A DNA stretch of 64,000 nucleotides from a virus (lineage: Duplodnaviria; Heunggongvirae; Uroviricota; Caudoviricetes): IMG/VR virus record IMGVR_UViG_3300042331_000303. The stretch is one strand, 5' to 3'. Of the stretch, positions 34,937-43,582 are shown one piece after another. Each line of letters begins with the position of its first letter. The first letter of the stretch is position 1. The notes beneath the pieces were generated by a model. That model saw nothing but the letters and a program-made list of their open reading frames with translations. It was not told where the DNA came from and did not search any database. Both the position numbers and the translations under genes were made by a program.

Positions 34937-35560
34937 TTAGTAGAAGCTCCCCTGAACCGCCAACTCCAGCGCTGCGAGGCTCGGGTTGAGGTTCTTGATC
35001 TTCTCGAAAGTCAGGACGACACGCCAGTAGCGGATCGGATAGCCGTCACCCGTCGGGTAGAACTGGAGGATGCGGCTGTCGACGCCACCGTTGTGCGTGA
35101 GGTCGCGGGTGATGTCCACCGGGGGATCGGTAGCCACCACGAGCTGCGCGTTGTTCACATGCGCAAACGCCTGTGCCGTAACCCGAAGGGCCTCGATGGC
35201 GGCCTGCCGAGGCGGACCGTCCGTGCCCTTGTTGAGGCCCGTCACTTGCGCCCACAGCTTGGTTCCAGCCTGGTAGCCCGCCTTCCAGATGGGAACGCCG
35301 TTCGCGATGCCTTGACCAGAGCCACGAAGCTCGGGCCGCAGATCGAACAAAGGGCTCTGCCACTGAGCGCGCCAGTACACCGGGTTGTTGACCGCGATGG
35401 GCAACGGCTGCGGCGTCCACACGATGGCCGTCCGCTCGCCCGACCACCACGCCGTGTTGGACAGAGACGGCCAAGGCCCCGGGACCGAGGACCCGGGGTT
35501 GTTGGTGTAGCCGTCCGGGTTGTAGGGCCCGAACGGGGGCTTGGGCTGGTCGAAGTACAT
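34937..35560 (-). CDS. Beta-rich structural-like protein with Pro-rich N-arm
   Basis: MYFDQPKPPFGP..., YWRVVLTFE, ELAVQGSFY. Confidence 0.6.
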   Translation of the reverse strand: MYFDQPKPPFGPYNPDGYTNNPGSSVPGPWPSLSNTAWWSGERTAIVWTPQPLPIAVNNPVYWRAQWQSPLFDLRPELRGSGQGIANGVPIWKAGYQAGTKLWAQVTGLNKGTDGPPRQAAIEALRVTAQAFAHVNNAQLVVATDPPVDITRDLTHNGGVDSRILQFYPTGDGYPIRYWRVVLTFEKIKNLNPSLAALELAVQGSFY

Positions 35561-35565
35561 GAGCC

Positions 35566-36237
35566 TCAGCGCGGCATGTAGTTGCGGGGACCGCGCATCT
35601 CCAAGCACTGGAAGGTCACGTCGATCCGGAGGTTGGCCAGAAGCGGCGTGATGCCGACCTGAACCGACGCACCCTGATCGAACGTCCAGCCAGTTCCGCC
35701 CAGCTCACCGGGCTGCTCCGAGGTCCCGCACACGGTGGAAGCGAGGCGGGAGTTGACCATCAGGCGGTCGCCGTTGGTGTACTCGACGCGGAGCAGCCAG
35801 CAGTCGCGAGGTCCGACGCCGACCGGGAGGGCGTTGCCGCCAGCCGCGGACGTGTTGAACGCGGAGCCGTTGATCGCGATGAGTCGGACCGGGATGTCGA
35901 ACTGAAGCGGGCGGATCGTCTCGGAGTTGAGCACGAAGTCCGAGTCAGCCGAGGTGAGGCTCACCGAGTAGTACCGGGTCTGGTACCCGACGTTCGGATC
36001 GGTCGAGAGGAACGGGGAAGTCGGGAAGTACGGCTGCCGGACCCAGGCAGGCGTGCCGGGTTCCTTGCCGCCCATCTGGTTGGCGAACGGCATCTGGAGG
36101 ACGGCTGGACGAGGGTTTGCCGGGTCGCTGCCGTAGGGAGTCACTTGGGGGCCCATGCCTCCGCCGACGTAAGCGTCGCTGGGGACGCCGTAGCCCGGGT
36201 GGCCAGGGGGAAACGGGCGACCGTACTGGTCGTACAT
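35566..36237 (-). CDS. Candidate minor capsid/penton protein (single jelly-roll-like)
   Basis: Pro/Gly arm then strands YYSVSL, VRLIAI, WLLRVEY, SVQVGI, IDVTFQCLE. Confidence 0.5.
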   Translation of the reverse strand: MYDQYGRPFPPGHPGYGVPSDAYVGGGMGPQVTPYGSDPANPRPAVLQMPFANQMGGKEPGTPAWVRQPYFPTSPFLSTDPNVGYQTRYYSVSLTSADSDFVLNSETIRPLQFDIPVRLIAINGSAFNTSAAGGNALPVGVGPRDCWLLRVEYTNGDRLMVNSRLASTVCGTSEQPGELGGTGWTFDQGASVQVGITPLLANLRIDVTFQCLEMRGPRNYMPR

Positions 36238-36302
36238 GCAGACACTCCGCGTAGGAGCAGAGTGTAGTATGAGGAGATCGGCTACGCGAGGATTGCCCAC
36301 GT

Positions 36303-36313
36303 AATCGAGTGCT
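36303..36313 (-). promoter_or_regulatory. AGCACTCGAT(T) element
   Basis: TACACT 36 nt downstream. Confidence 0.68.
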
Positions 36314-36356
36314 CCCCCTAACTCTGCCGGGTCAAGGTTAGAAGTTCAACGGCAGA

Positions 36357-36382
36357 AGCCGCCCCGGTTGCCCGAGGCGGCT
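36357..36382 (-). terminator. GCAA-loop hairpin after capsid-like gene 2
   Basis: AGCCGCCTCGG-GCAA-CCGGGGCGGCT-TCT. Confidence 0.5.
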
Positions 36383-36410
36383 GCTGGTCGAACCGAGGTC
36401 CGAGGTCGGC

Positions 36411-37115
36411 TTAGCCGATCTCGATCACGTTCTTGTAGTAGCCGAGCAGGATCACGCGGATCACGATGGGCTGGGTCTGGACGGCGGCGGCGCGGGAACC
36501 CCAGCGGAGCAGCATCGCGAAGGTGCTGTTGCCCGGGAGCGCGACGGGGTGCTTGCGGTAGAGCCACAGAGCGCCGTTGCCGTTGTTCAGGTTGCCCGAG
36601 CCGGCTTCCGCACCGGACGAGTTGATGGCCTCGGCGCCGAACACACCACCACCGGCACCGATCAGGTGCGCGGGGGCCACGTCCACCTGGGTCTGGGTGA
36701 AGTCCCAGGTCAGCACGCAGTTGTTGATGAAGTTCTGGAGGTTGGTCACCGAGTTCGCGATGGCGGTGTCGTTGACCGGCACCGAGAGCGTTCCCGCCGC
36801 GTCGGTGTTGGTGTCCTGGAGGAACTGGGCCGCGATGCCGAAGACGTCGTAGGCGACGCCCGAGGGGATACGACCGCCCTCCTTCAGGTTGGTCTCCGAG
36901 ATCGAGAGCGCGTTCGCGAAGCCCTGGCCGACCTGACCGAGCGGGGTGGTGAAGACCCGGTTGGTGTTGTTGGCCACGGCTGCGGCCGCGTAGAACTGGG
37001 AGGACCAGATCGTCTGCTCGCCGTAGCGGAAGAGGTTCTTGGGCTGCTCCAGGGGGAACGCCATCGAGGCGCCGTCGCTGGGACCGAGAAGAGGGACGCC
37101 GGGGACACCGTACAT
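36411..37115 (-). CDS. Candidate major capsid protein, copy 2 (single jelly-roll-like)
   Basis: Beta-rich, no TM; VFTTPLGQ..ETNLKEGGRIPSGVAYDVFG..LTWDF..LPGNSTFAMLL..VILLGYY; strong GGAG RBS; fold is inferred. Confidence 0.5.
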   Translation of the reverse strand: MYGVPGVPLLGPSDGASMAFPLEQPKNLFRYGEQTIWSSQFYAAAAVANNTNRVFTTPLGQVGQGFANALSISETNLKEGGRIPSGVAYDVFGIAAQFLQDTNTDAAGTLSVPVNDTAIANSVTNLQNFINNCVLTWDFTQTQVDVAPAHLIGAGGGVFGAEAINSSGAEAGSGNLNNGNGALWLYRKHPVALPGNSTFAMLLRWGSRAAAVQTQPIVIRVILLGYYKNVIEIG

Positions 37116-37116
37116 G

Positions 37117-37164
37117 GGAAACTCCGTGACGAGAGACGAGGAAGAAGGGCGGATGGTTGAGAGA
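37117..37164 (-). repeat. 48-bp 5' leader identical to 37951..37998
   Basis: TCTCTCAACCATCCGCCCTTCTTCCTCGTCTCTCGTCACGGAGTTTCC before both paralogs. Confidence 0.9.
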
Positions 37165-37170
37165 GGGACT

Positions 37171-37205
37171 CAGCTCGTCCGACCGGGAACCGCCCGGACG
37201 AGCTG
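37171..37205 (-). terminator. Hairpin between the two paralogs
   Basis: CAGCTCGTCCG...CGGACGAGCTG. Confidence 0.5.
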
Positions 37206-37217
37206 GGGGAGGTCGGC

Positions 37218-37949
37218 TTAGCCGATCTCGATCACGTTCTTGTAGTAGCCGAGCAGGGAGACCTTCACGGCCGCGGAGAACTGGTTCGCCGCGAGGGTGC
37301 CGGCGCGGCTGCCGAAGCGGAGCAGCATCGCGAAGGTGCTGTTGCCCGGGAGCGCGACGGGGTGCTTGCGGTAGAGCCACAGAGCGCCGTTGCCGTTGTT
37401 CTCGGCACCACGCTGGAGGGCCACGGCGTCGTCGTCGCTGACGGCGATCGAACCGAAGATGCCACCACCGGCGCCGACGAGGGAGGCGGGGGCGATGTCG
37501 ACCTGCGTCTGGGTGAAGTCCCAGGTCAGGACGAGGTTGTTGGTCAGGTTGACCACGACCTGGGTACCCGAGTTGGTACCACCGAGGATGGCGCCGTTCA
37601 TCGGGGGCGACAGGGTGCCGGTGTCACCGACTGCCGTGGCCACCATGATGTGGCAGGACACGCCGAAGACGTCGTAGGCGACGCCCGAGGGGATACGACC
37701 GCCCTCCTTCAGGTTGGTCTCCGCGATCGAGAGGGCGTTGCCGAAGCCCTGGCCGACCTGACCGAGCGGGGTGGTGAACACGCGGAACGTGCCGTTGGAG
37801 ATCGTGAGACCGCCCGCCGCGCCCTGGAACATCTGAGTGCTCCAGATCGTCTGCTCGCCGTAGCGGAAGAGGTTCTTGGGCTGCTCCAGGGGGAACGCCA
37901 TCGAGGCGCCGTCGGGGGGAAGCATGGGAACACCGGGGATGCCGTACAT
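37218..37949 (-). CDS. Candidate major capsid protein, copy 1 (paralog of 36411..37115)
   Basis: Long identical blocks with neighbour; differs in a few loops. Confidence 0.5.
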   Translation of the reverse strand: MYGIPGVPMLPPDGASMAFPLEQPKNLFRYGEQTIWSTQMFQGAAGGLTISNGTFRVFTTPLGQVGQGFGNALSIAETNLKEGGRIPSGVAYDVFGVSCHIMVATAVGDTGTLSPPMNGAILGGTNSGTQVVVNLTNNLVLTWDFTQTQVDIAPASLVGAGGGIFGSIAVSDDDAVALQRGAENNGNGALWLYRKHPVALPGNSTFAMLLRFGSRAGTLAANQFSAAVKVSLLGYYKNVIEIG

Positions 37950-37950
37950 T

Positions 37951-37998
37951 GGAAACTCCGTGACGAGAGACGAGGAAGAAGGGCGGATGGTTGAGAGA
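37951..37998 (-). repeat. 48-bp 5' leader, second copy
   Basis: Identical to 37117..37164. Confidence 0.9.
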
Positions 37999-38010
37999 AG
38001 AGGCAGTCCG

Positions 38011-38036
38011 GAGCGCGCCCCTTACGAGGCGCGCTC
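38011..38036 (-). terminator. GTAA-loop hairpin
   Basis: GAGCGCGCCTC-GTAA-GGGGCGCGCTC. Confidence 0.45.
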
Positions 38037-38047
38037 TGGAGGTTGGA

Positions 38048-39616
38048 TCAGGCGTGGCCAGCGAACATCAGGGCCCCGTAGCCGCCGAGACCGGCGGTGC
38101 TGGAGTCGTGCTGCATGTAGGCGGTCGCGGTGATCGCGGAGGGGATGGCGATCTGAGACTCGCTGAGGAGGACCGGGAGGCTCTCCAGCGCCTGCTTGCG
38201 CAGGCCCATGATGACCGCCACGCGCTCCTGCGGGGGAAGAGCGGCGATCTTCTGGAAGTTCTGGAATCCGACGAGGCGGATCAGCCAGCCCCACTTGTGA
38301 CCTTCGCGGCCGGCGTGGCGGGAGTTCGGGCCACCCTGACGACGGACCGCACGCACCGCCGGGACGCCGAAGGTGCCGAACCACGCGCCTTCGCCGTTGA
38401 GGGCGGCGGTGCCTTCGTAGTTCGAGAGGTCCGCACCGGAGTAGGCGGCGTCGGCGTTGGCGGCGTCGGAGTAGTGGCTGCCCGCGAGGGAGGCCACACC
38501 GCTCAGCTCGTACGCACCACCGTCACCGTAGCCGGAGAGGGCGAGGCCGTTCATCGAGGCGATCCCGTTCATCGAGGCGATCCCGTTCATCGAAGCGATG
38601 CCCGAGAGGCCGGAGATGAGGCCCTTGCTCTCCGCGAACTTCGCGGCGTCGGAGAGAACACCGGCGAGGGCCGAAGCCGCCGCGATGGTCTTGGCGACGG
38701 TGCCGAGCGTACCCGGGAGGAAGCGAGCTGCCACGAAGGCTGCCGCTGCCACCGCACCGCCGGTGAGGGTACCGCTGATGGCGGTGACGTGTGCCGGGAT
38801 GTACTTGGCCACGTAGGGGGACACGAACTTGGCGTTGATGTACGCACCACCGAGGGCGAGGAGCGCGACGGGGACCGCGGCGGCGATGGTCGGGCCGATG
38901 CCGAACGGCACGCGGCTGATGAGGCCGGTGACGGTGCTCATGCCGGGGATCTCCATGACGCCGGTGTTGTGGCGGAGACCGGTGTTGCGGCGACGGGCGC
39001 CACGGTTGCGGCGAGCCACGGCGCTCTTGGAGACGCCGTAGTACGAAGCGAGCGCGGAGGTCTTGGCCGCACCGTGGGTACGGTGGATCGTGGCGACCTT
39101 GCGCTTGCGAACGCCGCGCTTCGACATGCTGCGGAGCTTGGCCATGTGCGCCTTGGCCTCGGCCGAGCCCTTCACGAGGCGGGGGTTGCGACGACGGCGG
39201 CGGGGGTTCGCGGCGAGGGCGGGGGCGCCCGCCGGGATCTGGTAGAACGCGCCCCGAGCCTGACGGCGACGGAGGCGGGTCGGAGACATCTTGGACTCGC
39301 GGCGAGCCACGCGGGCCGAGCGACGGGTCACGCCACCGCGCTTGGCGGAGCGAGCCTTCATCTTGCTGCGGAGCGAGCGGTTCGAGGCGCGGTGGGAAGC
39401 CGAAGCCTTCGCGGCGGCTGCCTTGGCGGCCTTGCGGCGCTCGGCATACGCCGACTTGGTGCCGCCCTTGATCTTGTGCGAGCGGTAGAACGCCTTCTTG
39501 GCGCGGCTGTAGGACGCGCTGGCACGGTTCTTGCGGATGCCGCTGTTGCGGCGAGCCTTGCGGCGAACCTTCGAGCGACGGGGGTTGGTGACGAACAGGG
39601 CGCCGGTAAGGGGCAT
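38048..39616 (-). CDS. Arg/Lys-rich core/membrane protein (candidate DNA-condensing precursor)
   Basis: Very basic N-terminal ~230 aa with many RxN sites, hydrophobic helices, (GIASMN)x3 then LSGYG, globular C-terminus. Confidence 0.65.
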   Translation of the reverse strand: MPLTGALFVTNPRRSKVRRKARRNSGIRKNRASASYSRAKKAFYRSHKIKGGTKSAYAERRKAAKAAAAKASASHRASNRSLRSKMKARSAKRGGVTRRSARVARRESKMSPTRLRRRQARGAFYQIPAGAPALAANPRRRRRNPRLVKGSAEAKAHMAKLRSMSKRGVRKRKVATIHRTHGAAKTSALASYYGVSKSAVARRNRGARRRNTGLRHNTGVMEIPGMSTVTGLISRVPFGIGPTIAAAVPVALLALGGAYINAKFVSPYVAKYIPAHVTAISGTLTGGAVAAAAFVAARFLPGTLGTVAKTIAAASALAGVLSDAAKFAESKGLISGLSGIASMNGIASMNGIASMNGLALSGYGDGGAYELSGVASLAGSHYSDAANADAAYSGADLSNYEGTAALNGEGAWFGTFGVPAVRAVRRQGGPNSRHAGREGHKWGWLIRLVGFQNFQKIAALPPQERVAVIMGLRKQALESLPVLLSESQIAIPSAITATAYMQHDSSTAGLGGYGALMFAGHA

Positions 39617-39742
39617 CAGTCGATCCTCGCGGTGGAGATGGTGCAGCAACCTTCGCACGTCTACTGGAGATGTGCAATGCGCGAGATCGTGTTACAGTGC
39701 TCCCCTTAGTGCTCCCCCGATCCATTTCGCAGGAAGGCAATC

Positions 39743-39970
39743 ATGGCAAACACCGGCCCGATCCACGAGAACTTCCATTTGTTCCGCTTGCGAGTGCCTC
39801 TCGCCTTGTGGGAAGAGCTTGGCGTTATCGCTGAGCTGGAGTCCAAGCGCCGCGGCGAATACGTCTGCCGCAGCGACATCGCACGCTTCGCGCTCAAGGA
39901 CTGGGTGGAAGGATGGCGGGCGAGCGAGCGGCTCGGAGCGCTGTCGCCCCCGGACCGTCAGCCGAGCTGA
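39743..39970 (+). CDS. Ribbon-helix-helix / Arc-like regulator
   Basis: FRLRVPLALWEEL...RSDIARFALKDW; divergent from capsid operon. Confidence 0.6.
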   Translation: MANTGPIHENFHLFRLRVPLALWEELGVIAELESKRRGEYVCRSDIARFALKDWVEGWRASERLGALSPPDRQPS

Positions 39971-39973
39971 GCG

Positions 39974-40858
39974 TCAGTCCGTGATTCGCCGGACGCGAAG
40001 CTCGGTAGAGTGCGTGAAGAGCTGCTCGCGGAGTTGTTCAGCCTCGGCGATCGCATCTTCAAGGCGGGCGTGGCGATGACCGACACGCTTTCCGTTCAAG
40101 GTAACGATCACTCGATAGAGCTTCTTCTTCGGATCATAGTTGATGTTCCGATGCCCCGTCAGGCTGTCCGACCGAACGCCCCGATTCTGTGCGTTCTCCG
40201 CGTGGATGACGATGCGGAGGTTCGATCGTCGGTTATCCAGACGGTTGCCGTTGATGTGATCGACTTCGACATCGGGCCCGACGTCGAGGATCATCCGGTG
40301 CATCAGAACCCGCTTCCTGTTGATCTTCGTCACAGCGTAGCCATCAGCTTCTCTCCATCGGTACGCTTGAACGCGCGGGACGTCCTCGGGGCTAAGAACA
40401 CACAGTTCAGCTTCAAGTGAAGCTCCGGGCCGGCCATTCTCGTCTGCGCCATAGAGCGTCACTCGCCAGACTCCCTCGCACAGCTCCTCGACCGGGCTCG
40501 GGAGCGCCGTACTACGACGAAGCTCCTTTCCAGCACGCTGCTGCGCGTAGTGGGTCGCGCACAAGCCCTTCGCATCATGTGGCTGCGTGCAACCGGGGAA
40601 AGTACAGGTATCGTGGCCGATCTGGAGCGGAGCCAGCTCCTTCCCTGCCCGGATCTGCTGGTAGTGCCCGTCGCAGTAGCCCTTGCTGGCGTGCTCTCGC
40701 GCGCAGCCCGGAAACGCGCAACCCCGCGCCCCGTTCCGCGCTTGCCGGGCCTGTACCGGGGTGAACGGCTTCCCCTTCCGCAGTTGCTGGTAGTGGCCTG
40801 TGCAGAAGCCCTTCACGGACGACGGGGACGAACAGGCAGGCACGTAGCAGGTAGACAT
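39974..40858 (-). CDS. HNH homing endonuclease with three CCCH-type repeats and AP2-like tail
   Basis: CxxxxC..KGxCxxHY x3; LMHRMI..EVDHINGNRLDNRRSNLR; GHRNINY..LYRV. Confidence 0.85.
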   Translation of the reverse strand: MSTCYVPACSSPSSVKGFCTGHYQQLRKGKPFTPVQARQARNGARGCAFPGCAREHASKGYCDGHYQQIRAGKELAPLQIGHDTCTFPGCTQPHDAKGLCATHYAQQRAGKELRRSTALPSPVEELCEGVWRVTLYGADENGRPGASLEAELCVLSPEDVPRVQAYRWREADGYAVTKINRKRVLMHRMILDVGPDVEVDHINGNRLDNRRSNLRIVIHAENAQNRGVRSDSLTGHRNINYDPKKKLYRVIVTLNGKRVGHRHARLEDAIAEAEQLREQLFTHSTELRVRRITD

Positions 40859-40864
40859 GCGCGT

Positions 40865-40893
40865 AACGTACGCGCGGGAGCCTCATCTGTCAA
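40865..40893 (-). promoter_or_regulatory. Promoter of HNH gene (likely leaderless)
   Basis: TTGACA-N17-TACGTT, ATG 6 nt later. Confidence 0.7.
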
Positions 40894-40904
40894 GCTATTC
40901 TACC

Positions 40905-41531
40905 CTAATCGGTGATCCCGGGGGTCGGTGAGGTATAGTTCCCGCCAGCAATCCAGAACCGACCGCGGGCGTCGGAGGACAGGATCGGCATGATGCCGGA
41001 CTCCTCGCCGCACTTGTGGATGTAGGTCGAGCCGGCATTGAGCGGGTCCGGGTGGTCGTCGTCGCCCTTCTTCCAAGTGTGGTAGAGGACGTGGGTCAGG
41101 ATGCCCACCGGCTTGACCGCGATGGGCGGGTAGTCTTCCGTGGCGTGGCGGCCGCCCGTCGTGGCCGCAAGGTCGTTGAGGTCCCAGACCTTCGCCTTAT
41201 TGCCCTGCCAGTGGAGGATGCGGGTGTCGTTCCGCAGATCCGGGCTGGAGCAGATGTAAAGGCGCTCAGACGGGTGGTCCTTGTCGAAGACGAGATGGGA
41301 GACTGCGCTGGCCTTCTCGCCAACGTGCCAGTGAGTCGTGCGGCGCTGCCCCGGAAGGCGGACGCGCAGCTCGACGAGACGCCCGCACTCGATGAGGTTG
41401 TCGGGGTAGTCCGCGTCGTTCCACTCGATGACCTTGCCGGGCTTGACGCCCCAGTGCCACTCCGTGAACGCCTTGTACCCCGGGTGGTCCGCTAGTCGAG
41501 CGAGGTTGGTCGATCCACGATTCTGGCGCAT
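40905..41531 (-). CDS. Hypothetical late protein
   Basis: MRQNRG..., FTEWHWGVKP, YIHKCGEE. Confidence 0.6.
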   Translation of the reverse strand: MRQNRGSTNLARLADHPGYKAFTEWHWGVKPGKVIEWNDADYPDNLIECGRLVELRVRLPGQRRTTHWHVGEKASAVSHLVFDKDHPSERLYICSSPDLRNDTRILHWQGNKAKVWDLNDLAATTGGRHATEDYPPIAVKPVGILTHVLYHTWKKGDDDHPDPLNAGSTYIHKCGEESGIMPILSSDARGRFWIAGGNYTSPTPGITD

Positions 41532-41857
41532 CAGCGGCTCCGACGGCGACGGCGAGGGTTGGGCCGAACGCTCTTGTAGTTCTTGTACGCGAAGGAGGCC
41601 CCCACGATCGCTGCGATGACGACGCCGACCATGAGGTACGGCTTGAAGGAGTCCGTGGCTTCCTGCTTGGTCTGCTCCACGTACTGCTGGGCAGCAGCCT
41701 GCGTGGTCTGCGCGGTAGCGCGGCCAGGCGCGAAGGGGTTGAGCCACGTCAGGGGGTTCGGCACCCAGCTCGGCAACCACGAGTCCGACGTCCGCGACGT
41801 CTGCGTGTACTGGTTGGCGAGGGTCGACTGCGTCGATGGGGTACCGAAGGGAAGCAT
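41531..41857 (-). CDS. Tail-anchored membrane protein
   Basis: YLMVGVVIAAIVGASFAY then VRPNPRRRRSR. Confidence 0.65.
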   Translation of the reverse strand: MLPFGTPSTQSTLANQYTQTSRTSDSWLPSWVPNPLTWLNPFAPGRATAQTTQAAAQQYVEQTKQEATDSFKPYLMVGVVIAAIVGASFAYKNYKSVRPNPRRRRRSR

Positions 41858-41879
41858 GGGCGCCTCGAAGCGAGGAAGG

Positions 41880-42266
41880 TCAGTTCTTGCGGAGGATCAG
41901 AACGCCACCAAGTAGCACGACAATCCCGAGAACGGCGGCAGGGGGGAACCATTCCTTCTTGTAGAAGGGCACCGCAGTGACAGCCGCGGAAGCCGACGTC
42001 AGGGCAGTAGGTGCCGCGGCCGCGGAGGAGGACGAGGAGGACCGGGTGGGCTTCATCAGCGCGTCGAGCTGCGCCTGCGTCACAGGGCGAAGCCCCTGGA
42101 TCGTCCGGTAGATGGCCGAGTAGGACGCGGAGCCCTTGGTCACGACCGTGTCACTCGCCCCTCGGGGCGAGAACATGATCTTGATGAGCCCGGTGACGGC
42201 GTCGAAGAAGTAGGCGTAGCCTCCTTCGATGTAGAAGCCCGTCGCTGGGACTGCCGCTCCGTACAT
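41880..42266 (-). CDS. MYG-start tail-anchored membrane protein
   Basis: MYGAA..GGYAYFFD; C-terminal TM + RKN. Confidence 0.65.
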   Translation of the reverse strand: MYGAAVPATGFYIEGGYAYFFDAVTGLIKIMFSPRGASDTVVTKGSASYSAIYRTIQGLRPVTQAQLDALMKPTRSSSSSSAAAAPTALTSASAAVTAVPFYKKEWFPPAAVLGIVVLLGGVLILRKN

Positions 42267-42763
42267 CACACGCCCCCGGAGGACTTCTTGCTGTTCTTGT
42301 AGAGGTAGTAGCCGCCACCGAGGACAGCGAGACCGCCAAGCGCGTACAACCAGGTGGGCGTTGCTGCCGCCGTAGACGCCGCAGCAGCCGCCGAAGCCGA
42401 GGTCTGGAAACCAGGATCGGTAGGAGAGGTGCCGGGCATGGCCGAGATCTTCCCCCCCGCCTTCGTGGACGGCTGGAAGGACGTGGTCTGCGTGCGGGGC
42501 GTCGTCGTCGCGGCAGTCGAGGCGGCCGGGATGAACGGCTTGCCCTGCGTTGACGAGTTGGAGGAGCGCCCGCTCGACGTGGAGCTGGACCGCCCCGCGA
42601 CCTTGCAGCCCTCGACGATGGCGGCCCACTTGTTGGCCTTCTTCTCGTACTCGACGCGCTTCTCGGTGAAGACAGGCGTGGCCCACATCTTGGTGAGGAA
42701 GACCTGATGCTGGATCTCGGCCTTCTTGCAATACGCCGCCGTGTAGTTTGCTGCACCGTACAT
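42266..42763 (-). CDS. MYG-start tail-anchored protein, MWATP family
   Basis: MYGAA..MWATPVFTEKRVEYEKKAN; TM + KNSKK. Confidence 0.65.
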   Translation of the reverse strand: MYGAANYTAAYCKKAEIQHQVFLTKMWATPVFTEKRVEYEKKANKWAAIVEGCKVAGRSSSTSSGRSSNSSTQGKPFIPAASTAATTTPRTQTTSFQPSTKAGGKISAMPGTSPTDPGFQTSASAAAAASTAAATPTWLYALGGLAVLGGGYYLYKNSKKSSGGV

Positions 42764-42773
42764 GGGAAACCCC

Positions 42774-43199
42774 TTACTTGGACTTGAAGGTTTGGACGAG
42801 GAGAAGGCCGACGACCGCGATGCCGACGACCGCCCCGATGGCGAGGCCCGTCTGGCCGAGGTTGCGCCAGTCGGAGGTGGCCTGCGCGGCAGCACTCTCC
42901 TCTCCGGCCTTGACCTTCAAGACGGCAAGGCGAGCCTGCATCTTTGCGATCTCGTTCTCGTAGAAGAGCCGGCCTGGGATCACGCTGTAGGGGGGCGTGA
43001 CCATCATCCGCTTGTAGTTGGCGATCTGCGCTTGAATGAGCGCCGATTCCTCCCGAGCGTCCTTGCCCATGAATGCCTGAACGGCGGTCGGGGCGAACTG
43101 CTGGAAGATGTCAGTGAACGACTGCGGCGAAGAGGAGGTAGCCGCAGCCGCCTGCTCTGCGCCATAGGGAAGGGTTCCGTAGAAGGGGGGACGGTACAT
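42774..43199 (-). CDS. Tail-anchored membrane protein
   Basis: MYRPPFYG..; TM LAIGAVVGIAVVGLLLV + KSK. Confidence 0.6.
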   Translation of the reverse strand: MYRPPFYGTLPYGAEQAAAATSSSPQSFTDIFQQFAPTAVQAFMGKDAREESALIQAQIANYKRMMVTPPYSVIPGRLFYENEIAKMQARLAVLKVKAGEESAAAQATSDWRNLGQTGLAIGAVVGIAVVGLLLVQTFKSK

Positions 43200-43582
43200 C
43201 ACGACTTCTTCCGGGTCAGGAGCGCAGCGGCGCCGCCAAGGAGGACGATTCCACCGATCGCGAGTGCGATCTGGGTTCCAGAGATGCCCGGACCGGCTGC
43301 ACTGGTTGCGGCGGCTGCCGCGGCGTCGATGTCTGCCTGGGTCGAAGCCTCGAAGCTCTTCTTGCTCTTCTTGCTCTTCTTGGTGCTCACGCTCGTGCTC
43401 GCGGAGCCCTCTCGGCTGCACGCCCGCGCGGCACTGTCGGCCATGCTCTGGTACTCGTTGGCCTTCTTCTCGTGCGCAACACGGGCTTCCGTGAAGATGG
43501 GGGTCGCCCACATCCGGGCGCGGTACTGCTCCGCAAGCTGCGTGTAGGTCTCGGAAGCAGAACAGGCGGTGGATCCGTACAT
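43199..43582 (-). CDS. MYG-start tail-anchored protein, MWATP family
   Basis: MWATPIFTEARVAHEKKAN; TM + RKKS. Confidence 0.65.
   Translation of the reverse strand: MYGSTACSASETYTQLAEQYRARMWATPIFTEARVAHEKKANEYQSMADSAARACSREGSASTSVSTKKSKKSKKSFEASTQADIDAAAAAATSAAGPGISGTQIALAIGGIVLLGGAAALLTRKKS

Noticed and set aside
37116-37217. Stop-codon readthrough fusing the twin capsid-like genes into a double jelly roll (the gap is 102 nt, in frame)
   Set aside because: A second in-frame stop (TGA) lies 16 codons after the TAA, and a hairpin and a separate RBS are present.
33617-39709. Long plus-strand ORFs (33617..35581, 37991..39709; also 49123..50691, 17445..18944 and similar)
   Set aside because: Antisense shadows of GC3-rich real genes; no motifs or start signals.
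39706-39897. Minus-strand 63-aa ORF
   Set aside because: Overlaps the more convincing RHH gene on the plus strand.
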